64,000 nucleotides of DNA, taken from assembly GCA_964270895.1 (NCBI GenBank), contig OZ185435.1; one strand, 5' to 3'. The first letter of the stretch is position 1. The number at the start of each line of letters is the position of its first letter. Both the position numbers and the translations under genes were made by a program. Positions 12,381-20,829 of this stretch are shown in pieces. Below the pieces are notes generated by a model. That model was given only the letters and a program-made list of their open reading frames with translations, was not told where the DNA came from and ran no database searches. Source of the DNA: Podarcis filfolensis. Its lineage: Eukaryota.

Positions 12381-12486
12381 CCCGCTGAGCTGACTGCCAC
12401 ACACAGCACCGCAGCACCGCCACCTGCCGCACCGCTGCCTCGCACCGTGTATCCAGGCTTCAGCTCCGGGACACAAGGAACTCAGA

Positions 12487-15400
12487 ATGGCAACCGACAG
12501 CAGCTTCTCGCCGTTCAACCCAGCATCTGGAGACTGGGAAGCGTATGCCTCCCGTTTCACCTTCCTCCTAGAAGCCAAAGGGGTCACCGATGAAGAAGAC
12601 GCCAAGAAGAGGGCGATATTCTTCAGCGTCTGCGGAGAGGAGACGTTTGAAATCGCCCGGGCTCTCCTTGCACCCGAAGACGTTGCTACTGTTCCATACA
12701 AAACAATAATGGAACAGCTGAAGGGGCACTTTTCGCCACAGCCCTCTGTGGTGGCTCGTCGAAATGCCTTCTACGCAAAGCGGCAAGCCCCTGGGGAAAC
12801 CATAACTGGGTTTGTGACCTCTCTCCGCCAAGCTGCCCGGTTCTGCAACTTCTCAGAGCTGGAGAACATGCTTCGGGACCGCCTCGTCGGTGGCCTGAAG
12901 GATGAGAAGCTGCAACGACGCCTCTACGCTAAGAAGGACCTAACGTTCCAGGTCGCTCTGGAGGAGGCCCTGGCAACGGAAGCTGCCGAGAGGTCGACGC
13001 AAGAGGCACGGCCGAGCCAGCCGTCCCAACCGAGGGTCCACCACGAAGACCTCACCGACGACTCAGGATCCAACAGGGAGGAGGTGCACCGAGTACAGCA
13101 GCGCACTCAAGCAGCCCACATACCACAGCTGCCTCGACGAGAAGCAGGGAACTGCGCAAGCTGTGGAGACAGTCACGAGAGGAGGACCTGCCGTTTCCGC
13201 AACGCAGAGTGCAGGCAGTGCAGAAAATTGGGACACATCGCCCGGGTGTGTCGAGCTCGGCCCACCCGACGCCAGGCATCAGATGACCAATCCAAGAGCC
13301 CCAGGTCCCGGGGCCCAACACACCAAGGCAACTCGACGGAGCTCACGGACTTCCAGGTATACCAGTTGCCCCACCCCAACGTAGAGAAAATTTATGTAGA
13401 GGTACAGATAGAGGGGGCCCCATGCCGCATGGAGCTTGACACGGGTTCAACTCTATCCATAATCTCGGCAAGGACCTTAAGGAAACTGTGTCCTACTGGG
13501 GGTCCCAAACTCAGGCCGGCCCCATTCACCCTCCGGGACTTCCAGAAACGTAAGGTCCCCACAATGGGGGTGGGGACCTTCAGGGTGCAATACCGAGGGC
13601 GGACGCGGCAACTGGACTTGCTTGTGGTCAAGGGCCCCTACATTAGCTTACTGGGATTGGCATGGTTTGGACCACTGGGGCTAGCCGTCACCGGGGTGAA
13701 CCACACGAGCTTACAAGTGGACGTGGACGCCATATGCAAGGAATTTCCGGGGGTTTTTGATGGGAAATTGGGACAGTATACGGGCCCCCCCATTGCTCTA
13801 CAGCTTGACCCCGCAGTACGACCAGTCAGGCTCAAGGCCCGCCGGGTCCCGTTCGCCCTGAAACCCCGTATAGACGAGGAATTGGACCGACTCGTGGAGC
13901 AAGGCGTGCTGGAGCCGGTGCCTAATGCCCCCTGGGAAACCCCAATCGTCACACCCGTCAAGCCGAATGGTTCGGTCCGCATCTGCGCAGACTACAAATG
14001 TACCATAAACAAGGCCCTCACGGCCCATGCATACCCAGTGCCAGTGGTCAGCCATGTCCTTGCCACCCTGGCTGGGTCGAAAATTTTTGGCAAGCTGGAC
14101 TTGGCCCAAGCATATCAACAACTGCCAGTAGATGAGGCCACAGCAGAGGCACAGACGATTGTGACGCACAGAGGAGCGTTCAGGGTAAAGCGGCTGCAAT
14201 TCGGTGTCAGCGTGGCACCAGGCATATTCCAGAATCTAATGGACTCTCTCCTTAAAGGGATTCCTGGCGTCACCCCCTTCTTCGATGATGTGTTGATTGC
14301 CGGGCCCACACCAGAGGAGTTTGAGGACCGCCTCCGCACCGTTCTGCACCGTTTCCAGACGGCGGGTCTCAAGGTGAAGCGGGAAAAATGTCTACTAGGA
14401 GTGCCTCAGGTGGACTTTCTGGGATTTATGGTGGACGCAGAAGGGGTCCACCCGACTGGGGACAAGGTACGGGCCATTTGTGATGCCCCAGCGCCCAAGA
14501 ACAAGACTGAACTTCAGGCCTTCTTGGGGCTATTGAACTTTTACCATTCCTTCCTTCCCCACAAGGCGGCGGTAGCGGAGCCCCTACACAGACTCCTGGA
14601 CAAGCGGGCCCCTTGGGTGTGGGGCCAGCGCCAGGAGGCCGCATTCCAGGCAGTCAAGGACTTGCTTGTCTCAAACTCGGTCTTGGCACACTTCGACGAG
14701 AGGCTGCCGGTGGTGCTAGCATGCGACGCCTCACCCTATGGCATTGGCGCTGTCCTGGGACACCAACTCCCGGATGGAAGAGAGGTACCGGTGGCATACT
14801 TTTCCCAGACACTCAACGCAACCGAGCGGAACTACTCGCAAATCGACAAGGAGGGTCTGGCAATCGTGAAGGGAGTAAAAAAATTCCATGATTTCTTGTA
14901 CGGGCGGCCCTTCACCGTGGTGACTGACCACAAGCCCTTGCTTGGCTTGTTTGCCTCCGAAAAGCAGACCCCCCAAGTGCTGTCTCCTCGTGTCCTCAGG
15001 TGGTCAATTTTCCTTGCCAGCTACCAGTATGCACTGATTCACCGCCCTGGGAAGGCGATGGGCCATGCGGACGCCCTCAGCAGGCTACCACTACCGGAAA
15101 CAGGCCCCGACCCAGCACCTGCACAAGAGGTTATGAGCCTGGAGCTGCTTCCCGACCGCCCCATTCAGGCACAAGAAGTTGCACACCATTCCAAGAAAGA
15201 TAGGGTCATCTCCCGCGTCCTGGACTGGGTGTGGAGGGGATGGCCCAGCAGCAGCCCCGGGCCAGAATTCGCCGGCTACACAACCCGCAAACATGAACTG
15301 TCAGCCCACAAGGGGTGCCTGTTATGGGGAAGCAGGGTCGTTGTTCCCCAGCCCCTCCGCAAAAGGGTCCTCACAGCCCTACACGAGACACACCCAGGGG

Positions 15401-16563
15401 TAGTAAGAATGAAGGCCCTTGCCAGGAGTTATGTGTGGTGGCCGGGGATCGACGGAGAGATAGAGGCCTGGGTCAAACACTGCCAGGCCTGCCAAGAATC
15501 CCGCCCAGATCCCCCAAGGGCCCCAGTCCAGTCCTGGGAGTCCGCCCGAGCACCATGGTCACGCCTGCATGTGGACTTCGCTGGCCCCTTTCAGGGGAAA
15601 ACATTCTTCATAGTGGTGGACTCCTACACCAAATGGCTGGAAGTCGCACTGGTACCGTCCACTTCTACGTCCGCAGCCATCCGGGTACTACGCAGGCTGT
15701 TTGCAACCCACGGGCTCCCTGACACTCTCGTCTCAGACAACGGGACTGCATTTACGTCAGGAGAATTCCAAACCTTCACAGCGCAGAACGCCATCCGCCA
15801 CATCCGTTCGGCGCCATTCCACCCTGCCACCAATGGCCAAGCAGAACGCATGGTGCGGACCACCAAGGACACCCTTCGCCGCATGACGCAAGGGGATTGG
15901 GAGTACCGCCTTGCCACATTCCTCCTAGCACAACACAGCACCCCCAGCTCAACGACTGGCCGGAGCCCCGCTGAACTACTAATGGGTCGGCGCCTTGCAA
16001 TCAGATTGGACCGCCTTCACCCCGATAGAGCTCAGGATGAGGTAGTGGTGGGGGAAGGCAGGAACCCCCGGACCTTCGAGGCCCAGGACCCAGTGTACGC
16101 AAAGAATTTTGGGGCAGGCCCAGCATGGGTACCCGCCACAGTCACCAGGGTCACTGGTCCCGTGTCGTACGAGGTGCTAACAGATGGGGGGCAATGCTGG
16201 CGCCGCCACTGCGACCAGATACGGCGACGATTCCCAGGAGAAAACCAGGAGGAGGAAAGGTCAGAGGAGTCCCAAGGGAACAGAGGGGCAGTGAGGCCCA
16301 TAGAGCAGGAGGGGCCAGCAGGAGAGGCAGAATCAGTAAATACAGAGAGGACCCGCGAAGCCAAAAGGACACCGGAACCAGAACCACGACTGAGCGAGCC
16401 GGTTGCACCAGACCAGACAGGCCCATCACAGCCAGCATCCTTGGAACATGAGCCAGAACCTGAACCCCGGACCAGGGAACACCCCAGGCCGCAACGCACA
16501 CGTAGGCCACCGGCGTACCTCGAGGACTATGAATGCGACCTCCCGGGCAGGACTGGAACTTAG
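12487..16563 (+). CDS. Gypsy Gag-Pol polyprotein, 1358 aa (Gag, zinc knuckles, protease, RT, RNase H, integrase)
   Basis: Knuckles CASCGDSHERRTC and CRQCRKLGHIARVC; protease LDTG; RT FFDD; RNase H CDAS...EGLA...TDHKPL; integrase HHCC (H-ET-H...C-QA-C) plus D,D,E (HVDF/SDNG/AER); GPY/F-like module. The order PR-RT-RH-IN is the Gypsy order. Confidence 0.97.
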   Translation: MATDSSFSPFNPASGDWEAYASRFTFLLEAKGVTDEEDAKKRAIFFSVCGEETFEIARALLAPEDVATVPYKTIMEQLKGHFSPQPSVVARRNAFYAKRQAPGETITGFVTSLRQAARFCNFSELENMLRDRLVGGLKDEKLQRRLYAKKDLTFQVALEEALATEAAERSTQEARPSQPSQPRVHHEDLTDDSGSNREEVHRVQQRTQAAHIPQLPRREAGNCASCGDSHERRTCRFRNAECRQCRKLGHIARVCRARPTRRQASDDQSKSPRSRGPTHQGNSTELTDFQVYQLPHPNVEKIYVEVQIEGAPCRMELDTGSTLSIISARTLRKLCPTGGPKLRPAPFTLRDFQKRKVPTMGVGTFRVQYRGRTRQLDLLVVKGPYISLLGLAWFGPLGLAVTGVNHTSLQVDVDAICKEFPGVFDGKLGQYTGPPIALQLDPAVRPVRLKARRVPFALKPRIDEELDRLVEQGVLEPVPNAPWETPIVTPVKPNGSVRICADYKCTINKALTAHAYPVPVVSHVLATLAGSKIFGKLDLAQAYQQLPVDEATAEAQTIVTHRGAFRVKRLQFGVSVAPGIFQNLMDSLLKGIPGVTPFFDDVLIAGPTPEEFEDRLRTVLHRFQTAGLKVKREKCLLGVPQVDFLGFMVDAEGVHPTGDKVRAICDAPAPKNKTELQAFLGLLNFYHSFLPHKAAVAEPLHRLLDKRAPWVWGQRQEAAFQAVKDLLVSNSVLAHFDERLPVVLACDASPYGIGAVLGHQLPDGREVPVAYFSQTLNATERNYSQIDKEGLAIVKGVKKFHDFLYGRPFTVVTDHKPLLGLFASEKQTPQVLSPRVLRWSIFLASYQYALIHRPGKAMGHADALSRLPLPETGPDPAPAQEVMSLELLPDRPIQAQEVAHHSKKDRVISRVLDWVWRGWPSSSPGPEFAGYTTRKHELSAHKGCLLWGSRVVVPQPLRKRVLTALHETHPGVVRMKALARSYVWWPGIDGEIEAWVKHCQACQESRPDPPRAPVQSWESARAPWSRLHVDFAGPFQGKTFFIVVDSYTKWLEVALVPSTSTSAAIRVLRRLFATHGLPDTLVSDNGTAFTSGEFQTFTAQNAIRHIRSAPFHPATNGQAERMVRTTKDTLRRMTQGDWEYRLATFLLAQHSTPSSTTGRSPAELLMGRRLAIRLDRLHPDRAQDEVVVGEGRNPRTFEAQDPVYAKNFGAGPAWVPATVTRVTGPVSYEVLTDGGQCWRRHCDQIRRRFPGENQEEERSEESQGNRGAVRPIEQEGPAGEAESVNTERTREAKRTPEPEPRLSEPVAPDQTGPSQPASLEHEPEPEPRTREHPRPQRTRRPPAYLEDYECDLPGRTGT

Positions 16564-16573
16564 AGGGGAGGGG
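16562..16573 (+). other. Polypurine tract
   Basis: AGAGGGGAGGGG directly before the 3' LTR, overlapping the gag-pol TAG stop. Confidence 0.9.
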
Positions 16574-16902
16574 TGTTATGTACTGAGTTGAATAGGATCC
16601 AAACTGCAGCAGTCTGATTGGTCCTAGAACAATAGGATTCAGAATGCAGCAGTCAGATTGGTCCTAGAACAATGCAGCAATATGATTGGTTGGCAGGAAC
16701 CACCCAATCATGCTCCAGATAGAAGTGAATCCACAACCTGATTGGCTTACAGTAGAATTCCGGAATTAGCCAATCATGTGCAGCCCATTGTGTAAATAAT
16801 GTATATAAGCAGAAACCTTGAGGGGACATTCATTCATTCCTCCTCACCACTATGAGCTGAATAAAGAGCATGAAATCACTTTGCGACTCTGAGTATATTT
16901 CA
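16574..16902 (+). repeat. 3' LTR of Gypsy element
   Basis: Direct repeat of 12033-12361, preceded by the PPT and followed by the TSD. Confidence 0.97.
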
Positions 16903-18731
16903 TCTGACTTGTCTGATTTTGCGAAAAGAGAATGAAAGAAAGAGATCGTGCTAACCAGTCGTCTGCATGAATGGGTGCTCCCAGAAAATGCCAACTTCAT
17001 TCCAGTCATAATTGACACGGTAGAAGGGAGGGGCTCATACTCATATCTACACATTCTGAATGGACCGCATTACATGGGTAGAAGGACAAAAAAATGTGAA
17101 TGGCAAAAGACGGTTCCAGAGGAGAAGTGGCTTAGTAGCACACTTTTGCCTAATGTCCGGAGCAAAATAATTTAGATGTTTGTAAAAACTGTTTTTTCAT
17201 GTGATTTAAAAAAAAAAAAAGGCCAGAGAAATCATTATTAGTTTTTTAATAGTGTTTTTTTTTCCAGTTTTCTTTTAAAGACAGCAACCAAAAAACAAAA
17301 TTTTGAGACCTGGAACAGTCAGAGATTGTTTGGTGTTTAAATGCAAGAATGTTAAAAGAACTGTTAGCAACATTTAAAGAAAATGTTGCGTTTCCAACCA
17401 TGCTAATTTTTTTTTAAAAAAGGAAACACTATGACTGGCATTGTAAATTAGCACTGCCTTTTCAATACCGCTAGCACATACTGCAACAATTAACACTGCA
17501 TTGTTGATACTCCAGTATTCAAGAAGCCAGCAAAGAGAAGCAGTTGCACCATCTCTTTGGAGTCCATGACAAATTATCTGTGGCTACTAATATTTGCACC
17601 AGAGTGCATTATCTGTTCCCTATAGCAACAACTGACCGTCTGTTTCTTTTGAAAGCTGAGGCAAGAAATCAGAATCCATAAAGCATTGATATGGTTCCTC
17701 TAATTGTTAATGCTTTTCCATGCAATTATGTCCTTTTCCGGAATAATAAAAAAAATTCCCCAGCAGAGGTCAGGATCTTTGTCACTGACTTATTTTACAG
17801 ATCCTTTTAACATCTGTCCCGCAGACTGCCGACTTCATTAGCAGATAAGAGACCTTAGTGTGCTCGGAGCCTGCTAAGTTCTTGTTCATCTTTACAGCTG
17901 TGGATTAACTCAGGCTTTCCAGAAGAGGACAACCAGATGGGATAATAGATGTTATTGGGTTGTGACAACAAAAGAAGCCAGAAATGAAGAAATAAATGTC
18001 CAAGTTCCAAGACAATTCAGGAGAGTTGTTTGGAGCTTTTTTTTCTGAACAGTTACAATTGCCAGTCTGTTCTTAAGAAATAAGAAAAGCGGCATTGCAC
18101 TAAAAAAAGGAAAGTCTATTCATATCTGTGTGGGAACCTAATCAGGCTCTTGTTTCCAGTGACGATGGCTCCCCAGTTGCACCAGGTCTGCGACAAGAAT
18201 ACTCCTTTTGTGTGCCGATTAATGTGGAAGCGATAAAATTTCCTATAAGAGACATATGTGTTTACATCTTGAGATGTGTTGTTTGACAAAAAGCTTTGTT
18301 CTCTGCATATTTTCCTTGCAGAGTTTCATGCTGAGTTGTTTTGCTGGAAAGCTTTGATTAGCTAGAATTAGTTTGCCAAAGTAAAATAGGCACTTGTTTC
18401 ATGAGTCTTCTTGCTGAGCTGTAAATTATAGTCAAATGTAGGAGTGATGGAAAGAAGCATTGATTTGTAGTGCTCTGACCAACTATAGGCATAAAAATGT
18501 AAGGACATAACTCATTAAAGAACTACAGAGAGATATAAATATTCCATGGTCCAGTTCAAGTTCAGTTCTTTTAACAACTCTTATTTTTACATCAAGTGGC
18601 TGTAGATTAACATGTTAACAATGGAAGCAACAGCATTTAACATATTTAGTCATGCTTTCTTCCATTTAACTATTGGTTAATTATTAGTAAAATGAGAAAT
18701 AACTGAGAGACCTACTGAATGTGCTTGTTCT

Positions 18732-19015
18732 TCCGGAGGCGGCGCGACCGGTAATGGCTGCCTTCTCCGAGTAAGGAGAAGGGAGCTCCGCTGTAAACGG
18801 GTCGTCCGCTACGGCGAAGCGGAGACCCATCCAGGAAAACCACAGGTGGCAGAAGCCTGTGGTCTCGGGACCCGGCGGGCGCCAGAAGCAGCCCCCAAAA
18901 CGTTGAAGGGACCCCGTAAGGGGCTCCGGATCGCGGAGGGGGTAGCGGCGCTGTGGGTCGTTGCGCAAACAGCGAAGTGAAGCCGCATTGCTGTTGCCGG
19001 TCAGCGCTGTCCTTT
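18732..19015 (+). promoter_or_regulatory. CpG-rich internal promoter region of the L1 5'UTR
   Basis: Dense, undecayed CpGs. TTCCGG ETS-like motif at the 5' edge and AATGGCTGCC YY1-like motif at 18753-18762, which also starts a 6-codon uORF (MAAFSE*). Promoter role is inferred from known L1 biology. Confidence 0.7.
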
Positions 19016-19779
19016 CTTCCTGCAACTTTTCTGAACTTTGGAAACTACAACCCGTGAGTAAATTTGGACATTGAAAACTTTCTGAAACTTTCGTCAACTT
19101 TCTGAAACTTTTTGAGAACTTTATGGAACTTTTAAAACTTTTTAAAAAAAAAAGTTGAAATTTGGCTGAAAACGGAGTGAGAATAAGCAGGAAGCCCATC
19201 TCCCGCGATACTGAACTTTAAGCAAAGAGCAGGAGGAGTGGAGACAAAAAGTTATGCTTTAACTAAATGCTGGCACCCTGTTAAAGCAGTTTTCTGAGAG
19301 AAAGACTTTGAGCTATTGACTTTTGCTGGTCATATGTGGGATGCACTGATATTCTTCTTCTGTGGTACCAGTGGATTATAAAATAAATAAGAATCTCTGG
19401 TGCTGGAGCTGCCTGAATGAGCACCAGTTTGCAACTTTGGATATATTGAATTCAGGTTTTGAAACATTCTGAGCTGGAACTGGATACTTTGAAACTGTTG
19501 CAGTCAAGGCACTGTAAGAAACACTGTTTTGCTTTAAGTTTTACTCTGCTAAAAATAACACACTGTGGAGGCGATAGACATGGATTTAAATTTATAAGTT
19601 TAACTTGGATTTGATCTTTTCCCTGAAGACGTATTAAGCTCCCTCTAGAGGATTTTGGGCTTACAGCAGTGACTTTGTTTTACTTTCCCTTTCCCGGCCT
19701 CTGTTTGACTATTGCATCTGGGACTCTGCTTTCTCATGGGAACAACTTGGATTGACCTTGGATTACAGATAACTTTGGA

Positions 19780-20814
19780 ATGAGTGGCGCAAGGAGAAGA
19801 GGAAGGACTAAACAAACAACTTTAACTTTATCTGCAGCCTCACAGCGTAGATCATCTGTGCCGGCCTTGCCTTCCACTTTGCCTCCAGACATAGAGGCGG
19901 CCTCCCTAATACAGGCAGGGGAGGGTGAGACAGAGGAGCTGCACCTGGGAGATATGGCTTCAGGGACAAGTAGCTCTGTCTTGGAGAAAATTTTGGAGAA
20001 ACTGGAGGCTCTGGACAAGAAGGCTGATTTGCATACAGCTAAAATTGAACAGAACACAGAAAGTTTGAATAAGCTGACTGGACAAGTTGCACAGAATGCC
20101 CAATCCATTGGAGAATTAAAGGAGGCTGTAGGTGAAAATCGTAAACTGGCTGAAGATACTAGTCAAAGATTGGAAGAACTTGAGAAAGAAGTAAGACCAC
20201 TCAGCAAACAAGTTGGAGAACATCAGATTTACTTTTTGATGACAGAACTGCGAAACAGGGAGACCAACTTGAGGATACGGTCAATACCAGAGGTGGAAGA
20301 AGATAATCTTATTGAATTTCTAACTAAGGAATTTGCCAAGTTTTGGGAGTTAGAGGAAAAAGACTTTAAAATTGCATCTGCTTTCAGGCTTGGCAGAGTC
20401 AGAAGGACAGAGAAGCCCAGAGATTGTTTGATAACATTGAGATCAAAGGAGGAAAGGGACAAGATTTTGGGCCTGCACTACGAAAAGTCACTAGACATCT
20501 TGGGCAAGAGAATTGAAATCTACAAGGACATTCCTAAGCAGTTGCTGGACCTTAGATCTAATTACACGGAATTGGCAAGACTGTTGAGAAGCAACGCAAT
20601 TATCTTCAGGTGGGAGTTTCCACAAGGATTATCCTTTACCTACAGAGGGAGAAAGATCAAAATCAAAACAGTGGAAGATAGAGACAAGTTTTTGGGAGCA
20701 CACGGAGAAGACCTCCACAAAGGACTTGGATTGCCAGCGCCAGAACCTCCAGGGGAGCCCGCCCCCTCGGATCCTCAAGGACCGGAGAACAAGGTACCAC
20801 ACCAGAAAGAATAA
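19780..20814 (+). CDS. L1 ORF1p (coiled coil, RRM, C-terminal domain), 344 aa
   Basis: Heptad-rich segment (LEKILEKLEALDKK...LEELEKEV), then RETNLRIRSIPE (L1 RRM start), AFRLG and RWEFPQGL. Sits upstream of ORF2. Confidence 0.92.
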   Translation: MSGARRRGRTKQTTLTLSAASQRRSSVPALPSTLPPDIEAASLIQAGEGETEELHLGDMASGTSSSVLEKILEKLEALDKKADLHTAKIEQNTESLNKLTGQVAQNAQSIGELKEAVGENRKLAEDTSQRLEELEKEVRPLSKQVGEHQIYFLMTELRNRETNLRIRSIPEVEEDNLIEFLTKEFAKFWELEEKDFKIASAFRLGRVRRTEKPRDCLITLRSKEERDKILGLHYEKSLDILGKRIEIYKDIPKQLLDLRSNYTELARLLRSNAIIFRWEFPQGLSFTYRGRKIKIKTVEDRDKFLGAHGEDLHKGLGLPAPEPPGEPAPSDPQGPENKVPHQKE

Positions 20815-20829
20815 CCAGATCTATCCAGG

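Larger units (their letters stand above)
12033..16902 (+). mobile_element. Full-length Gypsy/Ty3 LTR retrotransposon (Mag-like), apparently intact
   Basis: Two 329-bp TG...CA LTRs, TSD TCTGA (12028-12032 and 16903-16907), PBS, PPT and one uninterrupted gag-pol ORF. Confidence 0.97.

Noticed and set aside
14275-14290. RT catalytic motif FFDD instead of YxDD, suggesting inactivity
   Set aside because: FxDD variants occur in functional retroelement RTs, and all other motifs are intact.
12309-16591. Many antisense and alternate-frame ORFs inside the Gypsy element (e.g. 16032-16499)
   Set aside because: Shadows of a GC-rich long ORF with no recognisable domains. No env-like third ORF exists, since pol ends at the PPT.
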